Of a stretch of 64,000 nucleotides of DNA, positions 26,758-37,119 are shown piece by piece. The translations under genes and the position numbers were made by a program. The notes under the pieces were generated by a model. It searched no databases and was not told the DNA's origin. It saw nothing but the letters and a program-made list of their open reading frames with translations. Each line of letters starts with the position of its first letter. The stretch's first letter is position 1. This stretch comes from Carcharhinus longimanus (taxonomy: Eukaryota). The stretch is from the NCBI GenBank assembly GCA_030264375.1, contig JASCQW010000112.1, positions 31,301,529-31,365,528 of the forward strand, in the 5' to 3' direction.

Positions 26758-27412
26758 CTTTTTCAAAAAAAAAATTAAACTTTTATTTTTTCGTGTTTTT
26801 TTTCCAATTAACTATTGCAAGAATGAGTTGACACAAGTATCCTTGCCAGATTGCATCAGTTAACTGGAATATTTTAATGTCAATACACAAAGGAAAGTTA
26901 TACAAGTTGGCTTGGTCTTTTGGTACAATTCCAATTCATAACCCTATTAGGCAACAATTATGTTGATGTGTGTGATGTAGGAAAAAGGAATGCCAGTTCA
27001 CAACCACCATTAGAAATTGGCCAAGTGACATAAGTGTAGGCTTCAGTGTTCTTAGCAATACAGGATCACAATGGCAAAACACAAGCTTACATCCTCACAT
27101 GAAAGCTATTGTTTTTAGCTGTATTACAAAGATGTCAGTAGCTCCTTCCCAACACATCTCTACAGCAACATGCTAGCAGGAACAGCACCAAAAGAGGGGG
27201 TCTGGTCACTATCACAAAGCTGCTAGTGGGATCTTGCTGTGCAAACTGGCTCTTCTGTAAGAAGTATTTAATTGGTTGTAAATTCTAGGGATGTTCCGAG
27301 GTCAGGAAAGGTACAACATAAATACCAAGTTTTGTTGGTAGCTACATAAGATTCTATTTACTAAACGACACAAGCAGAGTACATATGCAAATCGTCTGCT
27401 CAACTTCATGTT

Positions 27413-27660
27413 AAAAGTCTGACAACACCAGGTTTTAGTCCAACCTATTTATTTGATAATATTCTCACAAGCTTTCGAGGGGACTGCCTNNNNNNNNNNN
27501 NNNNNNNNNNNNNNNNNNNNNNNNNNNNNNNNNNNNNNNNNNNNNNNNNNNNNNNNNNNNNNNNNNNNNNNNNNNNNNNNNNNNNNNNNTGGACTAAAAC
27601 CTGGTGTTGTCAGACTTTTTACTGTGTTTACGCCAGTCCAACGCCGGCATACCCACATCA
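27413..27660. mobile_element. Penelope-type insert with inverted termini and 12-bp TSD, gap inside
   Basis: aaaagtctgacaacaccaggttttagtcca and its exact reverse complement tggactaaaacctggtgttgtcagactttt; TSD caacttcatgtt at 27401-27412 and 27661-27672. Confidence 0.75.
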
Positions 27661-27931
27661 CAACTTCATGTTGCCAGTCCCATTACAAAGCTTCAGAGGC
27701 AACTGGAACAATGCCTTCTGGTGTAAATTCGAAATAGCAAGAAGCCCTCCCCCAAGAATGCGCTGATCTATTTTACATGGCAGAACACTATTACCAGCAG
27801 GCACCCAGGCGAACTCAGCCCACTGGAGGCAGCACCGAGTTAAAACCGCTCCCGACTTATAGCAACGGTTTCACGTCGAGTTTACTTCTCATTCCGCACT
27901 GTATCTTTAATCCAAGAAAATGACTCCTCAC

Positions 27932-28086
27932 CTTGAGGTTTTCATAGTTAAGGTCAGTTTTGTGCTTGTCAGTAGGTTTATAGCCACCGTGACGGTCTCG
28001 AATTACTGGGTCAAAGAGGTCCTTGAAAACCTCATAGGATTCTTCATCACCAGCAACACAACCTACTGTCATAATAAATGGGTGAC
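27932..28086 (-). CDS. CKB: CKB exon 3
   Basis: 155 nt; (G)[51 protein letters not shown]; tacag acceptor, AAG|GTGAGG donor. Confidence 0.97.
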
Positions 28087-28528
28087 CTGTACAGGGAGAA
28101 GAAAAGGGGGACAGATCCATCTTAATGCACGTAGACCTTCCGTTAATTGATACATGCAAGGTTAATAATTAAAAATCAGCCGTTCAGTGCGAGAAGCCGT
28201 GTTTATTTTAACTAGAAGACAAGCATAAAGCAGCATGTCTTCAAAAATATTTGAACTAACTTTTTGTTTTGACTGGGAGCAACTTTTTCCAATATTATGA
28301 TTGGGATGGATCACTGATCATTACATCTTCTAACGTATTTACTTTAGAGTGAAATATACATGTTTGCAAAGGCATAAAAATATCAAGTGGTTATATCACC
28401 AGGGGTAGTTTTACGTCTGGTGATAACGTGGCGATTTATCGCAGACAAAGCATCCCGGAGCCGACCACATTGTAAAGTCTCTCCACCCAATCTGATGTGA
28501 TCAATAATCTCAATTTAAAATGTTTTAC

Positions 28529-28706
28529 CGGGATTATCAACCCCTGTCTGAATTACATCATCCAAAGTGAAGCCACTGGGGGTGGATTTGTTTTGGAGTT
28601 TCTTGTAGAGGTCCAGAGTGAGCACCTTGGCCATGTGGTTGTTGTGTTTGCTCAGGTCGGGGAACTCTTCCTGGGCCGACAGCCTCTTTATCTTTAGCGG
28701 GGCCAT
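28529..28706 (-). CDS. CKB: Creatine kinase B-type, alternative first coding exon (Ba-like)
   Basis: Translates [59 protein letters not shown](G). 178 coding nt, same phase-1 donor G|GTAAAA (28528-28527), acceptor ttttcattccgtgtag (AG 28726-28725), strong Kozak gccATGG. Confidence 0.9.
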
Positions 28707-29097
28707 GGCGGGGGAGGCTCACAGCTACACGGAATGAAAACCAGATACAACAATGAGACGGATCACACATCACATTCGCCATCCACTATCCCCCCTTTTT
28801 ACAGAAGGTCGCTGGCCGTGGACATCTCAATCCATTCGGGGAGTGGGGTAGTATCTGAAAGCCATGAGGCTAAAACCAAGGACAACCATTATAAAAACGA
28901 GGATTATCACTTTTTAAAAAAGTTAACGATCCTCGCTGGTTTAGTTTGTAGGCAGGCTACTAACACAGCCGACAAAACAAAGTGGGGGGTTTGGGGTCAA
29001 TATTTTTCCTCATTGGTGATTCCCTGGTGGCCTTTGGAAAGCAACACCTTCTGTAAGCAAGGGGAGAGCAGACGGCTCGTCCGAATGCGGCTTTTAC

Positions 29098-29290
29098 CTG
29101 GGTTGTCAACCCCGGTCTGAATGACATCGTCAAGGGTAAATCCGCTGGGGGTCTGCTTATCTCGCAGCTTGCTGTACAAGTCCAGGGTCAGGACTTTAGC
29201 CATGTGGTTGTTATGTTGGCTTAAATCCGGGAATTCTTCCTTAGCGGAATATTTCATCTTCAGAAGGTTGTGGCTGTTGCTGAATGGCAT
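29098..29290 (-). CDS. CKB: Creatine kinase B-type, first coding exon, canonical (Bb-like) alternative
   Basis: Translates [64 protein letters not shown](G); MPFSNSHN is the B-type N-terminus. 193 coding nt; acceptor ttgcag (AG 29305-29304); donor G|GTAAAA (GT 29097-29096). Confidence 0.97.
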
Positions 29291-30451
29291 GGTTACCGCT
29301 TTACTGCAACACAAACAAGAGGGTTTTATGTATACACACACACAAATGAATCCGATTTAGTGCGGATTCCCGGTGTTAAGACTTTGAATTGTTTTGGTCT
29401 AACTGATGTAAATAATGCTTATTAAGAATTCAAATTGAGTCCCATTTGCAGATTTTTAAAACAAAACATGCCATTCAGCAAGAATGCGAGTGAATTCGAA
29501 AACTAATTAAATAATCCGACATTTACAAAGTGCTTGAAATAGATAATCTAAAAGCAACTTCTGAGTGAATGCGGCAGTCCTTTGCATCTTTCAGACGCTC
29601 TAATCCCCTCGCAATCAGAGCAATGACTAAACACGATTTATTTTTAAAAAAAATATAAATCTCGACATTTAGGGACGTTAAACACCTTTCTTGCCCTTTC
29701 CATCCTTCTAGAAAGGCGATTTCATTGCCGATTAATTAATAATAACCCCTTGACATCCGCGTTACAGAAGACCTTATTGGATTCTCAAACAACCTTACGT
29801 TTACGTAAATTCCTCGTCCTTCCTGACCCTTTCGCATTGTATTCCAAGCAGAGAATTTAAGGGCAATTGAAGTACAGCAGCTATGTGTTAGGTCCAGATG
29901 TCACAGATTAGAGCCAATGGATTAACACAAATACCATTCGTGATCCTTTCCAATACAAATAGCCGGCCGGGGTGGGGGAAGAGAGGAGAAAGAGCTTTTC
30001 TTTCGTTTAAGTGCAAATAAACGATATTTGAATGCTAATTCACAGATGAAAAACATTTTACTAACTAGGAAATTGCCATTGAGGTAGCAGAAGGTCCATA
30101 AAGCGCCACTCAAATATATTTCTTCAACACTGGTTTAGCAATCAATGCTCAAGAGGATTCTTTCAGAGCCACCATGCATCCAAATGGATTATTTTTTTCT
30201 AGGTCGGTAATGATGAGCATTTGATTATTAAATTAACAGTACAACCATCGCTTAAAAAAACCTTGGTTAATTCCGAAACCAATTTTAATTCTGCTTCTCA
30301 AATGATATCTAATTTATGTTAAATTTGCATTTCTGCTAGATTCTTCATCGCAAATGAAGATACATGACTTTGAAATTAAGAGCATGGCAAAAATAAGAAT
30401 TTGCAATTGCATTGTAGCGGCCAGGTTTTTAGTTTGCCGCAATGACCTTAC

Positions 30452-30545
30452 CTGGATGGTGGGAATTTTGGAAGAAACCAGTTTAATTCTCAGCCTGAGC
30501 TGGGTTTTTTTTTCCCCTCTGCCTGTATCCGCACCACACTGATTG
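30452..30545 (-). other. CKB: Probable non-coding exon 1 of CKB (5' end approximate)
   Basis: Consensus donor CAG|GTAAGG (GT 30451-30450) about 125 nt downstream of a TATA/CCAAT module; vertebrate CKB genes have an untranslated first exon. Confidence 0.7.
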
Positions 30546-30720
30546 GTGTCCGACCACTCCACACCTTCCCATTGGATTATATAGCGCAGCGGAGCCGCGC
30601 TCCAATTGGCTGCTTCATTGCAGCCCCATTCACTGGACGGCCTGTCAATCAAAGAGCACGGTTGGAGGGGCGGCGACGTCATCACCCGGTGCCCCAGGAC
30701 AAGGCGGTGACGTGATTACT
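30541..30720. promoter_or_regulatory. CKB core promoter in a CpG-rich island, possibly shared with TRMT61A
   Basis: Minus strand GCTATATAATCCAATGGGAAGG (TATATAA 30583-30577, CCAAT 30575-30571); palindromic CCAATTGG 30602-30609; GC box GGGGCGG 30667-30673; CRE-like GACGTCA 30675-30681 and TGACGTGA 30708-30715; CpG-dense relative to the window. Confidence 0.8.
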
Positions 30721-30837
30721 GTGCGTCCAGAGTCAATTCGGTGGAGGTGAGTTTTTTTTCTCCAGGCTTATCCCCACGTGCGTTAGAAGAGGCTTTTGGA
30801 TTTAGGAGCGCTGAAAGTCCGTAAGGTTAGCCAGGCA

Positions 30838-31145
30838 TTCATAGAATCCCTGCCGCGCGGGTGGAGGCCATTCGGCGCATCGAAGTCTGCGCCGACCCCA
30901 GTCCCCCCTCAGGCTCCATCCCTATGTATTTATCCTATTAATCTCATTACCCCTCCTACCCCCTCCCTCCCGGACACTAAAGGACAATTTAACATAACCA
31001 ATCAACCCGACCCCCAACACACGGGAGGGGGACCTGTAGCCGTGGGGAGAACGTGCAAACTCCACACAGACGGTGACCTGAGGTTGAAACTGAACCTGGG
31101 TCCCTGGAGTTGTGAGGCAGCAGTACTAACCACTGTGCTGCCCTT
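30838..31145 (-). mobile_element. HE1-type SINE adjoining the promoter CpG island
   Basis: tgcaaactccacacaga...cctgggtccctggagttgtgaggcagcagtactaaccactgtgc. Confidence 0.8.
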
Positions 31146-31686
31146 TCATTAGGCTGCAGATTGGCCCTGGCCAGAGTTGCTACTTACGTGTAGGAGGCCC
31201 CTACTTGAAGCAATTGGGAGTTGCTATTGTTGCGACTTCTCCCAAACATCAAGTCTGCACCTCTTTTTAGGCCTCTGAGACACCCAGGTTTGAGTTCCAT
31301 TCTACATTTGGGTTTAACAGTTCAGAACTGGGTACTGTGGATCATCACAATGAGCAGATTTATGGACTACCATTACCAACAAGTCAAGNNNNNNNNNNNN
31401 NNNCAAGGGATTGTTGATCTGCAGGAGAGTCTGGGAGTACTATATTTTGCATCCTCACCTTTTCCTTCTCCCCTATATACTCTATGAATAGTATGCTTTG
31501 TATAGTAAGAAATAATTTTTCACTATCACAATACATGTGACAATAAATCATTGTGTAGCAGGAGAATGCATCAACAACACCCTGCAATCTTAAAAATGAG
31601 GCAGCAACCTGGTGAAGCTACAACGTAGCTATATACATGCCAAACAGCCAGAAGTAGCATGTGACACATATTACAAAAACAGTGAC

Positions 31687-31791
31687 TGGGACTTTCTGGT
31701 CCTGCTGCAGGGTATATTGCCGCTCAGCTAAAAGTCCATTGACATTGTGGGACTAGCTGAGCTGGTGGTAGGTGGGGCTGGAAAATCCCAT
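31687..31791. mobile_element. Short MITE-like element
   Basis: Imperfect TIRs tgggactttctgg and ctggaaaatccca; the same terminus occurs at 9487-9500. Confidence 0.5.
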
Positions 31792-32567
31792 CTAGTGGAT
31801 CAGATCAATGCTCTGTAATCCTGCTACACCCAGTAATGAATGGTGATGAAAAGTTAACCAGATGAGCAGACTGCACAAAGATCACCATCATCAATGATTG
31901 GGAGCCCAGCATGTCAGTGCAAAAGATAAGCTTGAAGCATTTGCAACTACCTTCAGTCAGATGTGTCAAGAAGGTGGTGCATTTCTGGGGTCCTGAGAAA
32001 CCAACATCTCAGTATTCAGCTAATTGAGTTCACTGCATGTGATATAAAGACAATAGGTACAGCAATGGACCCTGACAGCATCCCAGCTGCAGTACTGATG
32101 AATGTTTTCAAGAACTAGCTGTGTCTCTAGTCAAAAAGTAAGACAAATCCAATCTGGCTAATTACTACCCCACCAGTCTACTCTCAATGATCAGCAAAGT
32201 CATTAAGATGTTGTTGACAATGCTATCAATTGACACTTAATCCGAAACAACCTGTACATGATTCTTAGTTTGGTTCTGCTGCAACCATTTGGGTCTAGAT
32301 CTCATTACAGCATTGGTCCAAACATAGACAAAAGAGCTGAATTCAGTAAGTGTGGTGAGGGTGACTGCCCTTGCCATCAAAGAGCACTAGCAAAATTGAA
32401 GTTATTGGGTTTCAGAAAATTCTCACTGGTTGGAATTACACCCAAAATATGGGAAGATAGTTGCAGGTCAATTACCTTCGATTCAAAACATCATAACAGG
32501 AGTTCCTCAGGATGGTGACCTAGCCCTGATTATTTTCAATTACTTCCTTCCATCATAATGTCAGAGT

Positions 32568-32840
32568 TTTTTTTATTCATTAGTGTCACAAGTAGGCTTA
32601 CATTCACACTGCAATGAAGTTACTCTGAAAATCCTCTAGTAGTCACACTCCAGCGCCTGTTTGAGTACTGCAAGGGGCAATTTAGCATGGTCAATGCATC
32701 TAATCCTTACATCTTTGGACTGTGGGGGGAAACCAGAGAACACGGAAAGAACTTGCAGACACCACACACAATGATCCAAGCTAGGAATTGAACCTGGGTC
32801 CCTGGTGCTGTGAGGCAGCAGTGCTGACCAGTGTGCCGTC
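32568..32840 (-). mobile_element. HE1-type SINE (ggcttacattcacactgcaatgaag tail subtype)
   Basis: Reverse-complement match to the 48655-48946 copy. Confidence 0.8.
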
Positions 32841-33131
32841 TTAGGTGATGTTGCTTAATGATTATACTATGTTCGTTATCATTTGTAACTCCACAAATTG
32901 TTTGTGCCTGCATACAGAGAGATGTAGATAATATCCAGGCTTGGACTGATGAGTGAAAAGTAACCTTCATGCACACAAGTGAAAGGCAATGCCATTCTAA
33001 AAAGATGTAATCTAACCATTCCCCTTTGACATTACCTTTGCTGAATTCCCCTACCATTGACATCCTGGGGGTTACCTTTGACCAGAAACTTAAATGGACC
33101 AGCCATATATGTACTGTGGTTCCAAGAGCAG

Positions 33132-33517
33132 TAAGAAGTCACGCAACACCAGGTTAAAGTCCAACCAGTTTACTTGATAGTAAACCCACAAGCTTTCGGA
33201 AACCGCTATTCCTTCGTCAGGTGTGTGGAAGGTTCTGATCAGAGAAAGGCATATAAAGGCACACACAGTTTACAGAATACTGACTAGAATGTGAGTCTTT
33301 ACAGCTAATGTACTATTCAAATCTTAAAGATGCAGACAGTGTGAATGGAAATAGCATTAGGCATAGGTTAAAGAGATGTGTATTGTCTCTAGACAGGACA
33401 GCAAGTGAGATGTTGCAATTTCAGGCAAGTCATGGGGGTTACAGATGGTGTGCCATGAACCCATGACATTTCTTTCTGTGTTTACCCCAGTCCAACGCTG
33501 GCATCTCCACATCATGA
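33132..33517. mobile_element. Penelope-type insert with 13-bp TSD
   Basis: TSD gttccaagagcag at 33119-33131 and 33518-33530; termini homologous to the 27413-27660 insert. Confidence 0.75.
33184..33226 (-). ncRNA. Minimal type I hammerhead ribozyme motif
   Basis: acaCAC-CUGACGA-a-GGAA-uagcggu-UUCC-GAAA-GCUU-GUGggu: conserved cores, 4-bp stem II, CAC/GUG stem I, palindromic AGCU minimal stem III. Confidence 0.6.
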
Positions 33518-36500
33518 GTTCCAAGAGCAGGTCAGGAACTGTGAAATCTGCAGCAAATAATTCACCTGACTCCCCAAAACATGTCCACCATCTATGACAC
33601 AAGTCAGGCATGTGATGGAGTACAGTCTCTATTTGCCTGAATGAGTGCAGCTCGAACAACATTTGAGAAGCTTGATCAAATCCAGGGCACAGCAGCCCAC
33701 TTGATCCACCACCGGAGCACATTAGAAGTTGTGCAAAGTGTGCTGCAACAACTTGCGGAGTGTCCTCTGACAGCACCTTACAACCTCCTAGAACAAAGGC
33801 AGCAGATATGTGAGAAGTAATTTAGTTTTAACTATGTTCAAGCCTGACTGTCCAAGAGTTTAGGAATTATTGGTAAACCCTGAATTCCTTTCTCATTGTG
33901 GTAAATTCATGTGCTGTTCACAAAATGCTGTAGAATGGAATTCTCAATTAGATTTAGTGCCAGGAAGTCCCAGGTCAGATATGACATGTCCAAAAGCAGA
34001 ACAGCAATGTGCCTTCAGTTTTGCTGGCTTAACCACCAACCCACATGTTCTCTCTTTGAGTAAGAGAGTCATTTCCTTCAACAATTTAGTGTCAAATTGA
34101 GGCATCTTTTCATGAGAAATTGAAATGAAGCTGCTTAAGTTCAATTCACTTAACAGCCTTACAATGAAAGTATGTGGAAATATTTGTCCTTTCAGCTCGA
34201 ATTGGATTTGACCTTGGAGGTGAATAGTTTAGTAACTCCATGCAGTAGGTAATTTTACAAGAGAAAATCTTTCCCCAAGTTTTTGCAGCTATGAATTGGT
34301 TTATTGTTTTGGGTTCTGCCTGTCGGATAGAACATCTTCAGTACAATTATTCTGCCCAAGTGTATCATGCACACACGTTTATTGCTGAGATATCTTTTGA
34401 TCCCACGATATGCTCATTTTTAAATGAACCATAATAATATACTTGCAGGGTTTGGTTACTTATGATTGCAGTGTATTTAACATTACAAATATCAAAACTT
34501 AATCAAACTTAGCTGTCTATGAATCAGTGCTCTGCCAAACTTGTATCACATTTCTCATGCTGTGTAGTGTGTTGAATTTGAAATATTAAGTGCATGCCAG
34601 GTGCTATTATTAAATCTTCACACAGTTCATCAACTCTTCAGTCAAATCCCTCCATTACTAGTTTTAACTTATTTTATTTGAAGTCACTTCAATTACTTGT
34701 CTCTTATGAGCAGTTTTCTGTATAGCTTTCATTTGGTTTATGCTTTTTAGTTGTGTTATGTAGTTGCTCTCATGCCTTGAATCTTTCCTGTTGGCTAAAT
34801 GTGACTTTAGATTTAAGCAGTTCACTGTCTTCCAGTTTTCACTGGCCTGCAAACAACTACTGTTTCTGCTCCTTTACCACTGCTAAGATCCAGTTTTATT
34901 CACTTTAGAAATGTAACTGTACATATTGCTCATTTAATGCGATTTCCCAGAAATGCATGTATCTTGCTCAGTGTGCCTTGAGTACTGCAGTGTGTTTTAC
35001 AATAAAAGTGGTTGCCTCTTTACACTCTTCACCTTATTTACACATATGTTGTGAGTTGGAAGGTAATGATAGATAATCTGTGTAATTCTGTACTGCAATG
35101 TGAATGACAAAGAGTCATTCATTGTGACCCAGAAGGAGGCCTTTAGCCCATCCAGCCCATGTCAACTCTGTGGAGCAGTCCAGGTTAGTCCCTTTCCCTG
35201 CTCTATCTATGGAGCTGTGCAAATTCATCTTCTTTAAGGGCCCATCCAATTTCCTTTTGAAATCATTGATTGTTCCCTTCCATTATCATCATAATATGTT
35301 TCCAGTTATTTCCATTTGTTGTGTAAAAGAAAGTTCTTCCTTGGAACATTCCCACCATATCTCTTGCACAGAACCTTAAATTTGTGAGCCCTAGACCTTG
35401 TATTGTCAGCTAATGGCAACAGATTTTGTTTGTCTGCCTTAATTTGAGGTGATCATGTAACTCAAGTGATTTCTAAAACACTTGGGATGTGGGTATCATT
35501 GCTAATTCATAGTTGCTCTTGGGATGGCAATGCTAGACCTTCTGGAGTTGCTGCTTTCCAGGTTGTGAAATTGCTCTGTCAATACGACTGAGTAGAAAGT
35601 TTCAACCTTTTGATGCAATGTTAATGAAGTTATGAGAATATATGCTTAAATCAAGATGGCATGTGACTTTGAGGTGATGGTATTCCCTTTCCTCTTCTGT
35701 TCTTTATCTTCTAGGTGGAGGGGGTTACAGATTTGCAAAGTGTTGCTGAGGAAACCTTGGTTAAGTTTTGGCAGTGCATCCTATAGATAATACTGCAGTT
35801 GAGGTGACCAATGATGCTAAAGTGGGTGCTCAAACTATTGGATGGGATGCTGACAAAGTTGTCTGCTTTGCTTAACCAGCATTGTGCTTTAAGTGATTGT
35901 GGATCTACAGCAATTTGGATAGTTGGAGAGGATAGTATCACATTCTTGGTGTGTGTCTGGCAGGCAAAGGGGGAGACTTTCCAGTTCCCAGTATTTCAGT
36001 TCAAACTGTAATTCACAAGCACTTAATTGTTGTAGAAATGTACTTAAATATGGTTGTGGAGAATATTGAGTGACAGTGAATAATAATTGCTTTATCAGTT
36101 TCAGCCATTTAAAATGGGAGTTTTAATGGACAAAACAGTCACAGCACTAATTTGATTACTTTCTAGTGTATGCCATGAGAATCTTTTACTAAATGAAGAA
36201 ATTAAGTTTTGGAATTTTTTTCATAGCTCTTGAAATGAATAAAGATTTTTCCAATGAACTTTGTACAACAATATTGTTAAAAGGTTTGTGTGATTTCTGG
36301 CTTAGTCCAGGTGTGTTCAAATTTATCCAGATAAAAGAGTTCAGTGTACTGATTATTTATTAAAGCTGTGGCTGTTGGAAAAAGAAAGGTAACTTCCAAC
36401 TGGTCTAATACAGTACAGATGTCACCTCATAACATTGAAGTAAGGTCTTTTTTCAAATTTTCAAACTGGGGTGCCCTTGTAAACTGTGCACGTTGTGCAT

Positions 36501-37119
36501 TTAATAATGAATGTATTTCTGATTAAAAGAAAGTAGCATCACAGCACGAGCTTCCAAAAATTCCTGCAATGTTTGAATATTACACTGCATAATATGCATG
36601 TGGTATATTGATCCTAGCAATATTATTTCTGGCAGGAATGATTATGGAACTGTTCCCAGCAGTGAAACACTGAGGATTTAGGGTTTAAAAATAGGTAGCC
36701 TCACACAAGGGTATAATCCATTTATTGTGGTTATTAAGTGCCCAATCCTATTGAATACACAACTTCAACAATACATTTTCAGAAACAGCAAGTGTTTTTC
36801 TTCCCTGAGTGCATTCCACACAACTGGTTAATTGTACTAAGAAGTCAGTTGCTATATACTTATCCTGCATTAGTATCAGCAGCCTCTACTGCAGTTCTGT
36901 TTGCTCTTGGNNNNNNNNNNATAGCTTTCAAGGCTCATTAGGTCGCTTTTTGGCTAAGATCAAGCATTGGATCAAGCCCAAGGTGGGGTGCGGTGCCTTA
37001 TCTTGTCAGCTTGGATCTTGTTTGTTTCTCTTGTGGGGACTATGAATTGGATTCAATTTGAATTTGTTTTTTGGAGCCGGCAAGGAGATGGATTTGGGTC
37101 AGTCTGCATTTAAATAATG

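Larger units (their letters stand above)
31800..33810 (+). mobile_element. Degenerate CR1/L2-type LINE carrying nested SINE and Penelope inserts
   Basis: aattactaccccaccagtctactctca (NYRPISLL-like), caggagttcctcagg (GVPQG), gaccagaaacttaaatggacc. Confidence 0.65.

Noticed and set aside
28515-28706. Second CK N-terminal ORF as a separate gene, pseudogene or assembly duplicate
   Set aside because: Only one set of exons 3-8 exists. Splice signals and frame are intact and the differences are mostly synonymous, which fits neither an artefact nor a decayed copy.
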